From: Eledone cirrhosa
Lineage: Eukaryota
Reading direction: 5' to 3'
Assembly (NCBI GenBank): GCA_964016885.1
Contig: OZ024741.1
Span: forward strand, 302,808,001-302,872,000
DNA length: 64,000 nt
Part shown: positions 40,896 to 55,257 of the stretch, one piece after another
How positions within the stretch are numbered: position 1 is the first letter of the stretch
How the letters are laid out: every line of letters begins with the position of its first letter
Position numbers and translations under genes: made by a program
Notes under the pieces: model-generated
The model's input: only the letters and a program-made list of their open reading frames with translations
The model's database searches: none
Told to the model about the DNA's origin: nothing

Positions 40896-41359
40896 TATTG
40901 CCGAGTTGAGCTCCTCTGTAGACCCGGAAGTTGGTGACAAACGACCTCCAGCGACGGGAGATGGTGGGATCGATTGCCTTCTAGGTGAAACCGTCAAGAC
41001 TGTACCAAGTTCAGTGATAGATGAGTTTGTAGGGGAGTCAGGTGTCGGCGATACAGAGATTGTTGTAGTGGCACAGGAGCTCACAAAAACAAGATGGTGT
41101 AGGAGAGAACAAAGGAGAGGCACAACATAACAACAAAATTAGTCACTGAGATCATAGAAAAAATGTGTGACGAAAGAGATTTGATAATCAACAACTAAAC
41201 AACCATCCGGTTATTAAACTAATTGATTGGGAGTTTATAATAAATTGAAGTGAAAGCCAACAGGTGCGTGTGTTTTTATTAGCAGCATGATCCTCCCAAA
41301 GTAAACAATATCTGTTTCAGCACACGCTTTCGGATAAGAAATCTTGCAAAACAAAGGCG

Positions 41360-41630
41360 TGTGTTAAAGCCTCAGATTCACAATCGTGAAGTTGTGAGTT
41401 TGATTTCCGTGCATTGTGTTCTTGAGCAAGACACTTTATTTCACGTTGTTCCAGTTTACTCAGCTGTAGAAATGAGTTGCGACGTCACTCGGTGGCGTGG
41501 AGAGGGGAGGCTGGTATGCATGGGTGACTGCTGGTCTTCCTCAAACAACCTTGACCGGAGTTGTGGCTATGATGGGAAAACTTTGTTCATGGAAAACCCA
41601 TGGTCATTCGTGACTGAAAGGTGTCTTTAC
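41360..41630 (+). mobile_element. CORE-type tRNA SINE, internally deleted
   Basis: tgtgttcttgagcaagacactttatttcacgttg; same family as 46445 and 52130. Confidence 0.8.
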
Positions 41631-41635
41631 CTTTT

Positions 41636-41723
<88 letters not shown>

Positions 41724-41746
41724 CACACACACATATATATATACAT

Positions 41747-41777
<31 letters not shown>

Positions 41778-41804
41778 CATACACACACACATATATATAT
41801 ACAT

Positions 41805-41849
<45 letters not shown>

Positions 41850-41874
41850 CACACACACATATATATATATACAT

Positions 41875-41919
<45 letters not shown>

Positions 41920-41980
41920 TATATATATACACACACACACGCACACACACACACATATATATATAAATACATACACACAC

Positions 41981-42047
<67 letters not shown>

Positions 42048-42056
42048 CACACACAG

Positions 42057-42116
<60 letters not shown>

Positions 42117-42554
42117 GTAGGGGGGTGACATATAAAATGACATGCAAAAAGTTTCAATAAATCCAAATTTGCTTTAGAGAAAGAAAAAGGAAACCTAGAA
42201 ATGATTATTAGCAATTCTCATAGAAGGGGAAAAAGTTTCTAAAAACTGAAATTTTTTTCACAGAAAATTTGATTTTACAACCTAGAGGAAAAAATCTAAT
42301 CTTTATAAGTAGACATAACATCTACAGGCATATTTTAGTATTTTTAGTCTTCATTAGACAAACATAGTCTTTTAAAGCCTATATTGATCAGTTAGGATAT
42401 ATATTTACATGTAGAAAAATAGTTACGAATAGTCTGGAATATTTGCAATTTGCATTATTGTGAAATGGAATTAAGAGAAATATACATATCATAAGAGAAA
42501 TAAAGTATTTTGTTCTTGAGTAAAATACTTTATTTCATGTTACTCTTTCTAGCA

Positions 42555-42780
42555 GCAACCTGGTGCAGTCTGCGACTAACCCAGGTTCTACTGCACTTCG
42601 GGCTGAGGAGGCCAAACTCTCCAAGTACCGGTCGCTCTCCGACAGGTTTGCGGTCGTGCCCTTGGCAGTGGAGACTTCTGGTGTCCTTGTTCCTAGGGCT
42701 ACCTCTCTACTCACCACCATAGGCGCTGAGCTGGCCAGCCGCAGGTGTTAGCCTCGCGAGATGGAAAGGCTCTTCCTCCG
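42555..42780 (+). mobile_element. CRE-clade LINE endonuclease relic
   Basis: PGSTALRAEEAKLSKYRSLSDRFAVVPLAVETSGVLVPRATSLLTTIGAEL. Confidence 0.8.
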
Positions 42781-43227
42781 AGGAAACGCCTTCTCCATTT
42801 AGTAGCCGGAGCTGTGGGGCGGCCAGCACGTGGGACCCCATTTGCTCACCATACGGAGAGATGAGGGGGCGATTAGGAGTGATAACGGTGGGGGTTCGGT
42901 TCTTCCATGTTCGGACACATTTCACCTGTCAAGTGTGTATTTTCACAATTGAAATACACACATATTAACAGAATATTTCCTTTGTTCTTAAAAACCAAGA
43001 GTTGTGACTGACAGATAGTATTAGCAACGGAAAAACCAATAGAAACATTGTTTTCTTAAATCGATCTGACGATCGGATTCTTTCTTTTACCAGGAGTTAC
43101 GCCCGGCAGATAATATCAGCGATGGAAAAATCGATGGAAACATTGTTTCTTGGCTTGCTCTGGCGATCAGCTCCTTTCCTTTTTCGTTTATGGTAGAAGG
43201 GCTCTGAGGACGAAAAGAAAAAATAAT

Positions 43228-43401
43228 TGTTTCCACTTTTGGCACAAGGCCAGTACATTACTGGTACTTTATTTTATCGACCCCGTAACGATCAAAGGCA
43301 AAGTTAACCTCGGCGGGATTTGAACTCAGACCGTAAAGGGACGTAACTATGCTGGAAAGCATGGCGTCCGACCCTCTACCTATACTGCCAATCCACCGCC
43401 T
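43228..43401 (-). mobile_element. Young SINE with 19-bp TSD
   Basis: gacgaaaagaaaaaataat at about 43209 and 43402. Confidence 0.92.
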
Positions 43402-44093
43402 GACGAAAAGAAAAAATAATGACGCGGTATATACAACAAGTCAAAATATATCTGTTAGCATAAAATAAATGAAGGAATGGTACTGGTAAATGATGTTGTG
43501 GTCATCAACCATGTGGTTTATAGTTCGATTCCCAACGGGACTATTTATAGTTTTGTACTGCTTCTTGACCATGTGCTTTGCTTCATATATGCTTCATTTC
43601 CTCTATGTTTTTTATGCTTGATTTATTAATGTTGTGTTTCTAGCTGGAAATAATCTCTCCCATCTGCCACACATTATTGTATGTATGTATGTATGTATGT
43701 ATGTATGTATGTATGTATGTATGTATGTATGTATGTATGTATGTATGTATGTATGTATGTATGTATGTATGTATGTATGTATGTATGTATGTATGTATGT
43801 GTAAGTAAGTATGTATGTATGTGTGTATATGTATGTATATTTGTATGTATGTATTATGTATGTATGCGTGTGTGCGTGCGTGTGTGTGCGTGTGTGTGTA
43901 AGTGCGTGCTTATGCGTGTGCGTGTGTGTGTCTGTGTATGCCAGTGTGTGCCTCAGTGTTTGTATGTGCGTGAGCGTATAGTTTAGAGGAAAGACCGCTA
44001 GAATGTCAGAGTTGGGTTTTTGACGCATTAATTTGGTAAGTTCAAATCAAAATAACGCCGATAGGGACGGATTAGAGTATGAAAGACAGATTG

Positions 44094-44147
<54 letters not shown>

Positions 44148-45135
44148 TGAATAAAGAGAGGGAGAGAGAAAAAAGTGAAATAAGAGAGACAGAGTAGTAC
44201 ATATATATATGTAGGTGTGTTTGTATGTGTATGTGTATGTATCTATATATATATGTTCTTCTGGTTTTATAATTTCACAATTTTTTTCCAATAGAGAGAG
44301 AGTCGGTTTCTAACATAGACACAAGACTCTCTCATTGGACTTGACACAACATCAACTAGGTAGATATGTATGTATGCATGTGTAGATATGGATGTTATTG
44401 TATGTGTGGATGTGTATGTTTTGAGTTGTATGTGTGCATGTGTATATGCTTTGTATCTGTGCATGTGTATATGCATTTATTAGATGCAACATTTTTTGAA
44501 TGTTTTACATATTTTTACTGTTCCATTAATGGATTGTACTTGTAATTTCCTAACTAGTTGTATTCTTTCTGTTCCTATGAAGCCTCGCTTCTCAAGATTT
44601 GTATGTATGTATGTATGTATGTATGTATGTATGTATGTATGTATGTATGTATGTATGTATGTATGTATGTATGTATGTTTGTATGTGTATGTGTATGTGT
44701 GTGTATGTATGTTTGTATGTATGTATGTATATATGTGTATGTGTGTGTGTATGTATGTTTGTATGTATGTGTGTTTGTATGTGTATGTGTGTGTAAGTGT
44801 GTATGTATGAATGATTGTGTGAGAAATCGACCTATGTATAAATCTAATTTTCTTTTCTTTTCTTTTATTATTGGCGAGATGTGTAGAATATCCGAGAGTA
44901 TATTTCACACAGAATACAGAATTTTTGATTGATAATATTTAGTTAATAATGTTATAACTTAATATATGTGCGGTATTCTTTCTGTCTATAGCTATAGTAA
45001 TGATTATGAGACAACATTGCATCCATGCGTTGCTGATGAGGCAAGATAATTCGAAAACATGTCCGGAAATGTCTTCCATTCTTTTCGAAAAATAAAAAAT
45101 AAATACTATCAATTTTCTGTTCCTCCCCATCTCAT

Positions 45136-45243
<108 letters not shown>

Positions 45244-45461
45244 ACTTTTTAAGTAACCCTTCATTCAATAAGTTAATATCAAATTAAGTATAATATTTTC
45301 AAATATATGGAGTCGCTAAATCATTTAACCCCTAACTGATTTTTACTGAAACGTACTAATTTAAGATTCGACTACCATTGACGGTGGCAAGGCAAAGCCT
45401 GGCGGGAATTGTTAGTTAATTATCTATGTATATAAGTGTACATGGAGGCATATACAATATG

Positions 45462-46315
45462 TCTCTGATTAAGGCATAGGGAGGGGAAAATCGATTAAAT
45501 CGACTCAGTGCGTTACTGGTACTTTATTTTATCGGCCCCGTAAAGATGAAAAGCAAAGCTAACCATGGCGGGATTTGAACTTAGAACGTAAAGGCCATAA
45601 TTCTAAACCTCAAAGCATGTTGTCTGACGCTCTACTGATACTGCAAATCTCATGATATATTTACGTATAATGGTTACTGAATTAGGGACAAGGTCAGCAA
45701 TTTTAGGGAGAGGAAAGTCAATTAAATCGACCCCAGTGCATTAGTGGTGATTTATTTTATCCACCTCGTAAATATGAAAGGCAAAGTTAACTCGGTGGGA
45801 TTTGAACTCAGACTGTAAAGGGCCATACGTCTATGTTGCAAAGCATGGTGTCCGACGCTCTACCGGTACTGCCAATTCATCAATATGTGTATGTATAACG
45901 GTTTCTTATATAGGCACAAGGCCAGAAATTTTGGGGGAGGGGAAAGTCGATTAAATCGAACCAGTGCGTGACTGGTACTTTATTTTATCGACCCCGTAAG
46001 GATGAAAGACAAAATTAATCTCGGCGGGATTTTAACTCAGACTGTAAAGGGCCATAATTCTATGTTGCAAAGCACAGTGTCCGGCGCTCTACCGGTACTG
46101 CCTATTTACCGATATATTTATGTATAATGGTTTCTTATATAGGCACAAGGCCAGCAATTATCCTGGTACAGTACTTGTACTTTATTTTATCGACCCCGTA
46201 AGGATGAAAGGCAAAGTTAACCTCGGCGGGATTTGAACTCAGACCGAAAAGGGGCGTAACGATATGCTGCAAAGCATGGCGTCTGACCCTCTACCGATAC
46301 AGCCAATCCACCGCA
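45462..46315 (-). mobile_element. Head-to-tail array of four SINEs
   Basis: Four monomers, each followed by a tttatgtataat-like spacer. Confidence 0.9.
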
Positions 46316-46444
46316 TTATGTTTATGTATAATAAACATATATAAGTCTCGTTATGACTGTCTTAAGTTATAACTTATGCTAATCACAGCAGCGTGTGAGA
46401 AAACGTCGCCAATGATGGCTACAAAATCCTGAAACATCGTCTAG

Positions 46445-46782
46445 TGTGAAGGTTCATGGCTTAGTGGTTAGAGCATTGGGCTCGCAATCAGGAGGTTGTG
46501 TGTTTGATTCTCGGACCGGGTGATTGTGTTCTTGAGCAAGACACTTTATTTCACGTTGCTTCAATTTACTCAACTGTAGAAATGAATTGCAACGTCACAG
46601 GTGCGAAACTATATCGGCCATTATATTTACCTTGGACAACATCGGTGGCGTGGAGAGCGGAGACTGGTTTGCATGCGCCACTGCTGGTCTTCCACAAACA
46701 ACCTTGCCCGGACTTGTACCTCGGTGTGTGGACTTTCTAGATGCAAATCTCATGGTCATTTGTGACCGAAGAGGGTCTTTTC
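46445..46782 (+). mobile_element. Full-length CORE-type tRNA SINE
   Basis: A-box tggcttagtgg, degenerate B-box, CORE segment and 3' domain. Confidence 0.85.
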
Positions 46783-47380
46783 TTATTTTAGTTTCCAGCG
46801 TTCTCATACGGTTATTAAATAGTTTTTACATGATCACAGCTTAACACAATCAGCGATTCTTATATATGTGAGGACAATAAAAAAGAGATTACGTATTCAA
46901 TTAAATCTGAATGTATTTCAGTTAGAAAAATAACACGTAAAAGCCGAATGTGTAGAAGTTAAACGACATTATATTAATTAATTAATTAGAAATAAATTTT
47001 AACTGAGAAAACTATATGAAAATCTCCCTACACGTGCAAAGTAATAAAAGCTGGTACATAATATTAAAAGATTATTAAAAAATACATAACTAAAGTATAA
47101 TAACTATAGATCAAATATGAAATAGTTTCGCTGTGTAATCAGATGATGTCTGGATGTTTTCAAATGTATATAGTAGGCTTAGGGTATAAAACTAGAGGCA
47201 ACACCACTTACAAATCCACAGCTTATTTTAAGTTTATTTGAGCATTTTATAATGTCTGGTGTCAAGTTAATCATAGAGGCATAGTTTCAGCCCTGAATGT
47301 TAAACAAGAGAGCAATGGAAATTGGAATAATGCAAGATGAGGGAAAGTAAGAGAGAAATAAAGAGAGAGAGGGTGAGCGT

Positions 47381-47447
<67 letters not shown>

Positions 47448-47525
47448 TGAGAAAGAGCGTATGACAACATTATACATTTATTAACACATTTGAGAGAGAG
47501 AGAGTCAGAGAGAGAGAGAGAGAGA

Positions 47526-47602
<77 letters not shown>

Positions 47603-47690
47603 GGAGAGAGAAAATAATAGCATGGGAACTTTCAACAGGATTCGACGTATCTCTTAATAGGCAATTGTCGTATAAGGCTTAATACGTATA

Positions 47691-47739
<49 letters not shown>

Positions 47740-47740
<1 letters not shown>

Positions 47741-47884
47741 TGTGACCCCGACGGCAGAGCGCAAGCCGTTTAGACGGCTATTTCTGGAGTCATATTTTTT
47801 CCTATTTCCCACTCTACTACCCTAAGTATTGAGTACTCTGGTGCGTTATGGTCCATCTGGTTCCTTACCACATTTCCTTCGTTA
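47740..47884. mobile_element. Family B element, second copy
   Basis: gaccccgacggcagagcgcaagccgtttagacggc and cccactctactacc..ccacatttccttcgtta match 6670-6850. Confidence 0.8.
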
Positions 47885-48798
47885 TCTATATATATAAAAC
47901 TGTGGTTGTCTGTCTGTCTATCGATTTTTGGCACACATCTCCTCTTAGAATCTCTCACGGAATTGCACCGAAATTGCTATACTTGTACATTGAGCCCTAG
48001 CGAAGACATCGGAAAAAAAAATTTCAAATTGACCCACCCTATGTGACGAAATCGAATATAATGTATCGATTTTTGAGCGTAAGTTATCAGTTATTTCCCT
48101 TTGTTCTGTTTACATTGAGCGTCTTACGTAAAAAATTACGCTGGCTTTAACAGTTGTCGAGCCAGCAAAATATTGACCTGCAAAATTCATCAGTTCGAAC
48201 ACTAAGCTTCCGTTTTGCTTCATTTCCATTTAAAAGCATTTTAAAACAATATTTTTACTTGAAAACAAGTCTATTTAAAGACTACGTAAAACAAGCAAAT
48301 ATTTCGTCGTTAGGCGTGCAGACAGACAGTCGTGCAGACAGACAGTCGTGCAGAGAGGTGATATACGCGTGCAGACAGACAGTCGTGCAGAGAGGTGATA
48401 TAGGCGTGCAGACAGATAGTCGTGCAGAGAGGTGATATAGGCGTGCAGACAGACAGTCGTGCAGAGAGGTGATATAGGCGTGCAGACAGACATAACTGAT
48501 AATTTGGTTACGCTAATGTTTTTTCTCTGCGTTGCAGTGTTTACATTTTCGATCTTTGTTAATAAATAACCAGTGCAGTTTTTATCCCCAGCATCCTCTT
48601 TTGTTATAACATTCGGGTTATCGTTATGTTTTCTTAACTTCATAAGGCATATTGTTGGTTGAGGGAATATTAATCAAAAACACCACATGCAAGTCTGCAC
48701 AGTAGACACTACAGTTTTTAAGCCAAAAAAGAAACTTAACATTGTAACTTTAACACAGCTACTGAGCGACCCCGAGCAACGCCGGGCTTTACTGCTAG
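47885..48798 (+). mobile_element. Non-autonomous Helitron with internal 37-bp minisatellite
   Basis: A|TCTATATATATAAAA start; hairpin cccgagcaacgccggg at 48771-48786; CTAG|T end; unit ggcgtgcagacagacagtcgtgcagagaggtgatata at 48312-48491. Confidence 0.88.
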
Positions 48799-48811
48799 TA
48801 TATATATATAA

Positions 48812-48945
48812 TAGTAACACAACAGTTAGTTCACCATACCGAGAACATTTGTACTCGGTATGGTGAACTAACTGTTGTGTTACTACTTCTACCAGACTCG
48901 TCCCATGGACTGAGTGCTCTACCACTACGGTTTTACCTTCCAGTG
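48812..48945 (+). mobile_element. Family C fold-back remnant (32-bp perfect arms)
   Basis: Arms 48812-48843 and 48854-48885; HHR core deleted. Confidence 0.85.
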
Positions 48946-48980
48946 CTTTACCTCTCTCTCTCGCTCTCTTGCTCCACCCC

Positions 48981-49093
<113 letters not shown>

Positions 49094-49412
49094 TGCTCAC
49101 AGCTTCGTACTTACAAGCATACACACACTCTTTTACTTACATATACACGCACTTATCCTCTTCGCTTCGTACGGACGTATAATAACACACACACACACAC
49201 GTATAGCTCTATATACAAAACGGTTATTTTTCCATTTCAGGTAGACGCGCTCCATCATCCACTTTTCTAAAAAAGGTATATTATACACAAAACGTCAGCA
49301 TCAACAGTCTTCGTGGCGATGGCAACATGAATGGACCTATTATTTTTCTCTAAAACCATTTTTTCCGATTCCGCCTTGCCTGTCCTGTCAATCTTTCTAA
49401 TTTCTAATTCTT

Positions 49413-49448
49413 TCTTCTGATGAAGGACTAGCATCCGAAACGTTAAGA
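49413..49448 (+). ncRNA. Minimal type-I hammerhead ribozyme
   Basis: tctt CTGATGA a-gga-ctagca-tcc GAAA cg TT aaga; ACGT palindromic stem III. Confidence 0.75.
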
Positions 49449-49544
49449 CCCTCTTCCTGCTATATCAAGCGTTAACCTAATATATTCCTTCCATATACTG
49501 TACCGATTGTGTTGTTATTTCTGTTTACCTTTTACTGCTACACT

Positions 49545-49830
49545 GGCTGCAACAAGCTTTCAAAGAGGCACACGAATTGATGAACCGCTTCTCACTTGCC
49601 TGGAAGGCGTTTGGTTTAACAATCAGCATTAAGATGACTGAGGTGGTACATCAAATAAAGCCACCCCAGACAAGTAGATATTAAGCAGGGAGACCTGTGG
49701 CACGGGCATCCCCAACACGGGCATTCCCAACACTGTTGATGGCAAGGATCTGAATTATGTGAACTCCTTTACTTGCTTTGGCAGCAAGGTGAACCCTTCT
49801 ACATCCCTGGATGATGAGATAGTTGTGTTG
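49545..49830 (+). mobile_element. RTE-clade RT fragment
   Basis: ELMNRFSLAWKAFGLTISIKMTEVVHQ ... TVDGKDLNYVNSFTCFGS. Confidence 0.75.
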
Positions 49831-49866
49831 CATACGCAACCCTGACTGGTCAAAATGTTTGCTGTA

Positions 49867-49927
<61 letters not shown>

Positions 49928-49959
49928 CACACACACATGTGTATGTGTGGTTACGTCTA

Positions 49960-50350
49960 TATCTGTGTTTAAGTCCTGAAACTTAATGGTTCAGCAAAAA
50001 AAAAGCAAGATCGATAAAATAAGTACCAGATGTGAAATACGTACATACTAGTCTATGTGTTTGACTAAATCAACTGAATGCTGTGCTCAAGCATGACTGC
50101 AGTCTAATGACTGAATACAAGAATAAATATGATTTCTGCTTTAGGCACAAGGCCAACATTTTTTTGGGAAAGGATAAGTCGATTAAAACGACCCCAGTTC
50201 ATTACCGGTACTTTATTTTAATGACCCCGTAAGGATGAAAGGCAAAACTAACTTCGGTGAGATTTGAACTCACAACGTAAAGGGCGGTAGCCCTATGCCG
50301 CTAAATATGTTCTCCGACGTTCTACCGTTTCTGCCAATCCAGCTACCTTG
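49960..50350. mobile_element. 3' part of another SINE family (+) with a main-family SINE (-) inserted at its tail
   Basis: TSD-like atacaagaat(a/g)aatatga at about 50115 and 50352. Confidence 0.7.
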
Positions 50351-50721
50351 TATACAAGAATGAATATGAATAAATATAATGGACTCTCCCGAAGAGGATG
50401 ACGTACGAGCATCCAGTTATACCTTCAACTGGACGTTCGTGTATATAATAGCGAAATAAACAATGTAATAAAGTTATAGAAGATTTCTTGAATTCAAATG
50501 TTTATCTTTATCTTCCTCTTGATCTACATCATCATTGTCCACATCATAATACATCACATATGATCATCAAGATCATCATCACCATCAATATAATCATCGT
50601 GATCATTCATCTTCATCGTCATCTTTCTAACCTCTCCACCCTCCTGGTCCTCCTCACCCCTCTACCTCTCATCATCCCAATCCCCCTCCATATCATCCCC
50701 ATTATTATTATTACTATTATT

Positions 50722-51160
50722 TGGATTGGCACTAACGGTAGAGAGTCGGACGCCATGCTTTCCAGCATAGTTACGTCCCTTTACGGTCTGAGTTCAAATC
50801 CCACCGAGGTTGACTTTGCCTTTCATCCTTACGGGGTCGATAAAATAAAGTACCAGTAATGCACTGGGTCGATTTAATCGACTTTCCCCCTCCCAAAAAA
50901 TGATTGGCCTTGTACCTATACCAGAAATCATTATTATTGTGGATTGGCAGTATCGGTAGAGGGTCAGACGCCATGCTTTGAAGCATAGAGTTACGGCCCT
51001 TTATGATCTGAGTTCAAATCCCGCCGAGGTTAACTTTGCCTTTCATCATTACGGGGTCGATAAAATAAAGTACCAGTCACGCACTGGGGTAGATTTAATC
51101 GACTTTCCCCTCCCCCAAAATTACTGGCCTTGTGCCTATATAAGAAGCCATTATTATTGA
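50722..51160 (+). mobile_element. Two tandem young SINEs
   Basis: Both start ggattggca and end ccttgt(a/g)cctata..agaa..cattattatt. Confidence 0.9.
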
Positions 51161-51258
51161 CGGTAATAAGATAGTAATTTCATTCCATAGTTCAGAGTGT
51201 GGTGGGGAAAGCGGCGTGTGTGATGAACAGAGAAAAAGAAAGAGAAAAATATGTAGGA

Positions 51259-51353
<95 letters not shown>

Positions 51354-51404
51354 CATACACACACACATATATATATATATTACCACACACGCATATATAA
51401 TATG

Positions 51405-51574
<170 letters not shown>

Positions 51575-52129
51575 AGAGAGAGAGAGAGTGAGAGAGAGAT
51601 AGAAGAGAGGAGAGATAATGGTGCTCGTGGAATGGAATATACAGAAATGCACGATTTTTATTAGCAGTGAGCCATGTCCTAGTCGCAGACAGCCGTGAAA
51701 TAAGAATCACTAAGGAACGAACTCGGACGAGTCAGGTTAAGGGTTGGCTGGATTGTTACTTCTTGTTCGGTTGTGTGACCGAAGCATAAAAGAAAATAAA
51801 GCAAAACGAAACAAAAATAAAACAAGAAAAATATAAACAAAAAACAAAACAAAAATTAAAACAAATCCGAACAGGATCAAAGTGAACACGAACTAAAAAA
51901 ATAAAGATCTTGATATGCTTTACAGACTGTGTTGAGTACTTTAAAGAGAAATTGTGGTGCAAGTAATTGTTTGCAAGATTACTCACTGTCAATGCTACAG
52001 AATATTCGGGCAAAAGAACTGAAAAGGAAAGCAATAACAAGAAGATAAAAGAAAGAAAGAGTTGAAGGGTTTAGGAATATACCATCACACCTTCACAACC
52101 ATCTACGTTATCTGTCATATCATTTTAGG

Positions 52130-52472
52130 GAAAGGGCAAAGATCCCTTCGGTCACGAAAGACCATGGGATTTGCACCTACAAAGTTCCCCTTCCGAAGCA
52201 CAAGTCCGGGCAAGGTTGTTTGTAAAAGACCAGCAGTCGCCCATGTATACCAGTCTCCCCTCTCCACGCCACTGATGTTGTCCAAGGGAAAGGCAATGGC
52301 CGATACAGCTTGGCACCAGCGACGTCACAACTCATTTACACAGCTGAGTGAACTGGAGTAACGTGAAATAAAGTGTCTTGCTCAAGGATATAATACACCG
52401 CCCGCTCCGAGAATCAAACTCACAACCTCACGATTGTAACCCCAACGCTCTAATCACTGAGCCATCGTCTTC
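52130..52472 (-). mobile_element. CORE-type tRNA SINE
   Basis: Reverse complement of the 46445 family. Confidence 0.85.
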
Positions 52473-52611
52473 ACAATATCATCATTACTATCATCAAATT
52501 AATCACCATCATAGCTATAATCGTCTGTATGTTTATATATATTTTCATACCGCATCCCTACAATGCTTAAACTCTGTGTTAGTGCTAATGCTAATTATTT
52601 ATGAACTATCT

Positions 52612-52935
52612 TAGTGCTTAGCTCGGAGATCAGAGAGTCATTCCAGGTAGAGCTGCTACTTCTCCAAATTGAGATATCACAGCTCCGATTCTATGGTCAT
52701 GTGATTAGAATGTCTCAGGAAAGAAACGCCGGACAGATTTTACGGGCAAAACCAACTGGCAGGGGACCCTGGGGCAGACCCCTAGCAAGATGGTTGATCC
52801 ATTAGCTCGGTTGGTCTCGCTTGGTGTTCCAGCCGGATCAGTTGGAGACGGTTGCTTCTGACAGGGCTCGCTGGAAGGAGTGTTTGAGGACTTTTCCCAC
52901 ATGACTCTCTCAGGAATAAGTGGGCGAAGAAGAAG
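52612..52935 (+). mobile_element. RTE LINE 3' end
   Basis: SSEIRESFQVELLLLQIEISQLRFYGHVIRMSQER..GRGPWGRPLARW; (gaa) tail. Confidence 0.85.
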
Positions 52936-53295
52936 ACAATCACTAGTTCGCACTATAGGAACATGAGCATTTCTAGCTGGTCTTCCATTTGCGATATGCA
53001 AATGAGCATCACCGGCAAATATTCATCATTCAAAAATCTATATAGACAGTAGTCTATTTCTATGTCAGTACGAGTTGAGTGAGTGTCATTAATGAAAAGT
53101 GTACAAATCTTGAAACAGCACTGTCTGACATTCTCAAACGTACTGACAACTCTGTGATATATATTCATTTAGGAAAATAGAGAAAAATAAAATGTTTTCC
53201 TTACGGAAAAAAATTTTTCTTTGATAGCGAGGCTACCCATGTGTTTATTGTATACAACACGTATTATATGAGTTTATATATGTTTTCATATGGAC

Positions 53296-53351
<56 letters not shown>

Positions 53352-53871
53352 CACCAGTAGTGGCGTGTTTGAGTACAAAATTATGTGAGAACTCAGTACA
53401 TGGTTGTAGATTATAGACTTTATTCCCAACCGAACCTCCTTATTCGTCATTTGAAAGTCATATGCAAACACTTATAAAAGCCAGTATTCCGTTGGTAAAT
53501 ATGTAGAATGACTGTGAGATAGAGATAGAATAATTTTGGGATGTGACAGTTTGTAGTATTTTATGTTTAACGAACGGTAATCGAATTATTGTTATTCATA
53601 ACTCTGTTTTAAGTGACGTACAAGAATGAAATATGTGGTTAGGGAGGCATGTAAAAGGTCTCTGTGTGGAGATTCACATGATCAGAGAACAGCAGCTATG
53701 TACTGCAAAGCTTATCCGTTAGGGTCTATATAGTATTTCTTTTCTATTATAAGTTGAGCCAACTTATGCAGCTTCATATGCAAATGAGATTAATTACCTC
53801 ATTTACACAGACGAGAAAACTATATATTCTCGACTGTTTTCAAGTCCAGCAGTCGCAGAGCAGTGGGAGGG

Positions 53872-53915
53872 ATCGTCCTGACGATGGCCAGTCAAGCCTG
53901 AAATGCATAGACGGT
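53872..53915 (+). ncRNA. Type-I hammerhead ribozyme (family E), palindromic stem III
   Basis: atcgtc CTGACGA t-ggc-cagtcaa-gcc-t GAAA tgca TA gacggt; ATGCAT palindrome. Confidence 0.8.
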
Positions 53916-54019
53916 TTTCTCCCTTGCTTCTGCTGGACAACACCAGAGGGCGTTAGCCCCCTGGTGTTCGCATAGTTAAGGCTTCCTAAAACCGTATTTC
54001 TTTCGAAATACGAAATTTC

Positions 54020-54094
<75 letters not shown>

Positions 54095-54120
54095 ATAGAA
54101 ATTTCGTATATATATATATA

Positions 54121-54225
54121 TTCTACAGGACTAGAACTGTTTCTTTCGTGTAAAATCGACAGGAAAGTCCTAATGATTTCATGCGAATGAAGCAGTTCTA
54201 TTCCTGTAGAAGCGATTTCTATATT
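54121..54225. repeat. (TA)-flanked fold-back module
   Basis: ttctacaggactagaactg is inverted against cagttctattcctgtagaa; the same end occurs at 35653-35685. Confidence 0.7.
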
Positions 54226-54853
54226 ATATATATATATAATGTAAATGATAATGAAAGAGTGTTTAATCTTTCAAACAGTTAATTACTGACGATCGTTTCA
54301 TCCTAGCACAAGTCTGGAATCATCTTTATTTACTACTTTGGACGTTTTCGAAAAAATTGTTATGACTGAATTGTGTAATCGAACTTATAGTCGTGCACCT
54401 GTCTATAATCCATGGCTATGTTACACGTGCATCTTACCTTTTAAAAAAAAAATAAAAAAAAAATATATTTTAAAAACTTTATATTTAAAATGCATGCTTC
54501 TTAGTAACTTTCTTAACCATTTATGATATATGATTTTCACTGTACTTAGTTTATCTGTAACAGCATGTTTTTTAAATTTTTTATTGCATTTATCTGCCCC
54601 TATTTTTCATATGTTTTTTCCGCCTCAGTTACTTTATATAAATTTTGATGCTTGCGCTTATCTAACCTCCCATATTATGTATCCTCCTAATGTTCTTGTG
54701 ACAAAGTTTTGATCGTATATTTGTGTTTAACTTTTGTTATTAACACCGATAAAGCCGACCATTTGTTAGGATGAAACGAGCTATTTTCATACTTGTAACT
54801 AGGTAATATTTATTATTACCCACCATATATATATATATTCATATATAGTTATA

Positions 54854-54976
<123 letters not shown>

Positions 54977-55257
54977 CCCGAGAAAATATCTGTGTGTCAT
55001 CAAATGTTGTACACACATAGATATTTTTTCAATTTCCAATTGAGTTCTTTGCACGTGGCCTGAATTCCTTTTAGAGTTCATTGTCATGCGCATGTATTGT
55101 TTTTTTTGGCGGTAATTTACTTCCTCATTTTTGAATCAGTTTGAGCATTTCTTTAGAACTGCTGGACTGGCAACCTGACAGATACCTCAGGCACAGAGGA
55201 TGATTGTCGCTAAATACTGATGTTGGTTAGATTATCAATATTAGTATTATTGGGGCA

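Noticed and set aside
41361-42160. Long YI/HT/CV-repeat ORFs here and in similar tracts
   Set aside because: Translations of (TA)n, (CA)n and (TATG)n microsatellites.
46445-46520. tRNA gene
   Set aside because: The A/B boxes are the head of a SINE; no full cloverleaf, and the sequence continues into the CORE domain.
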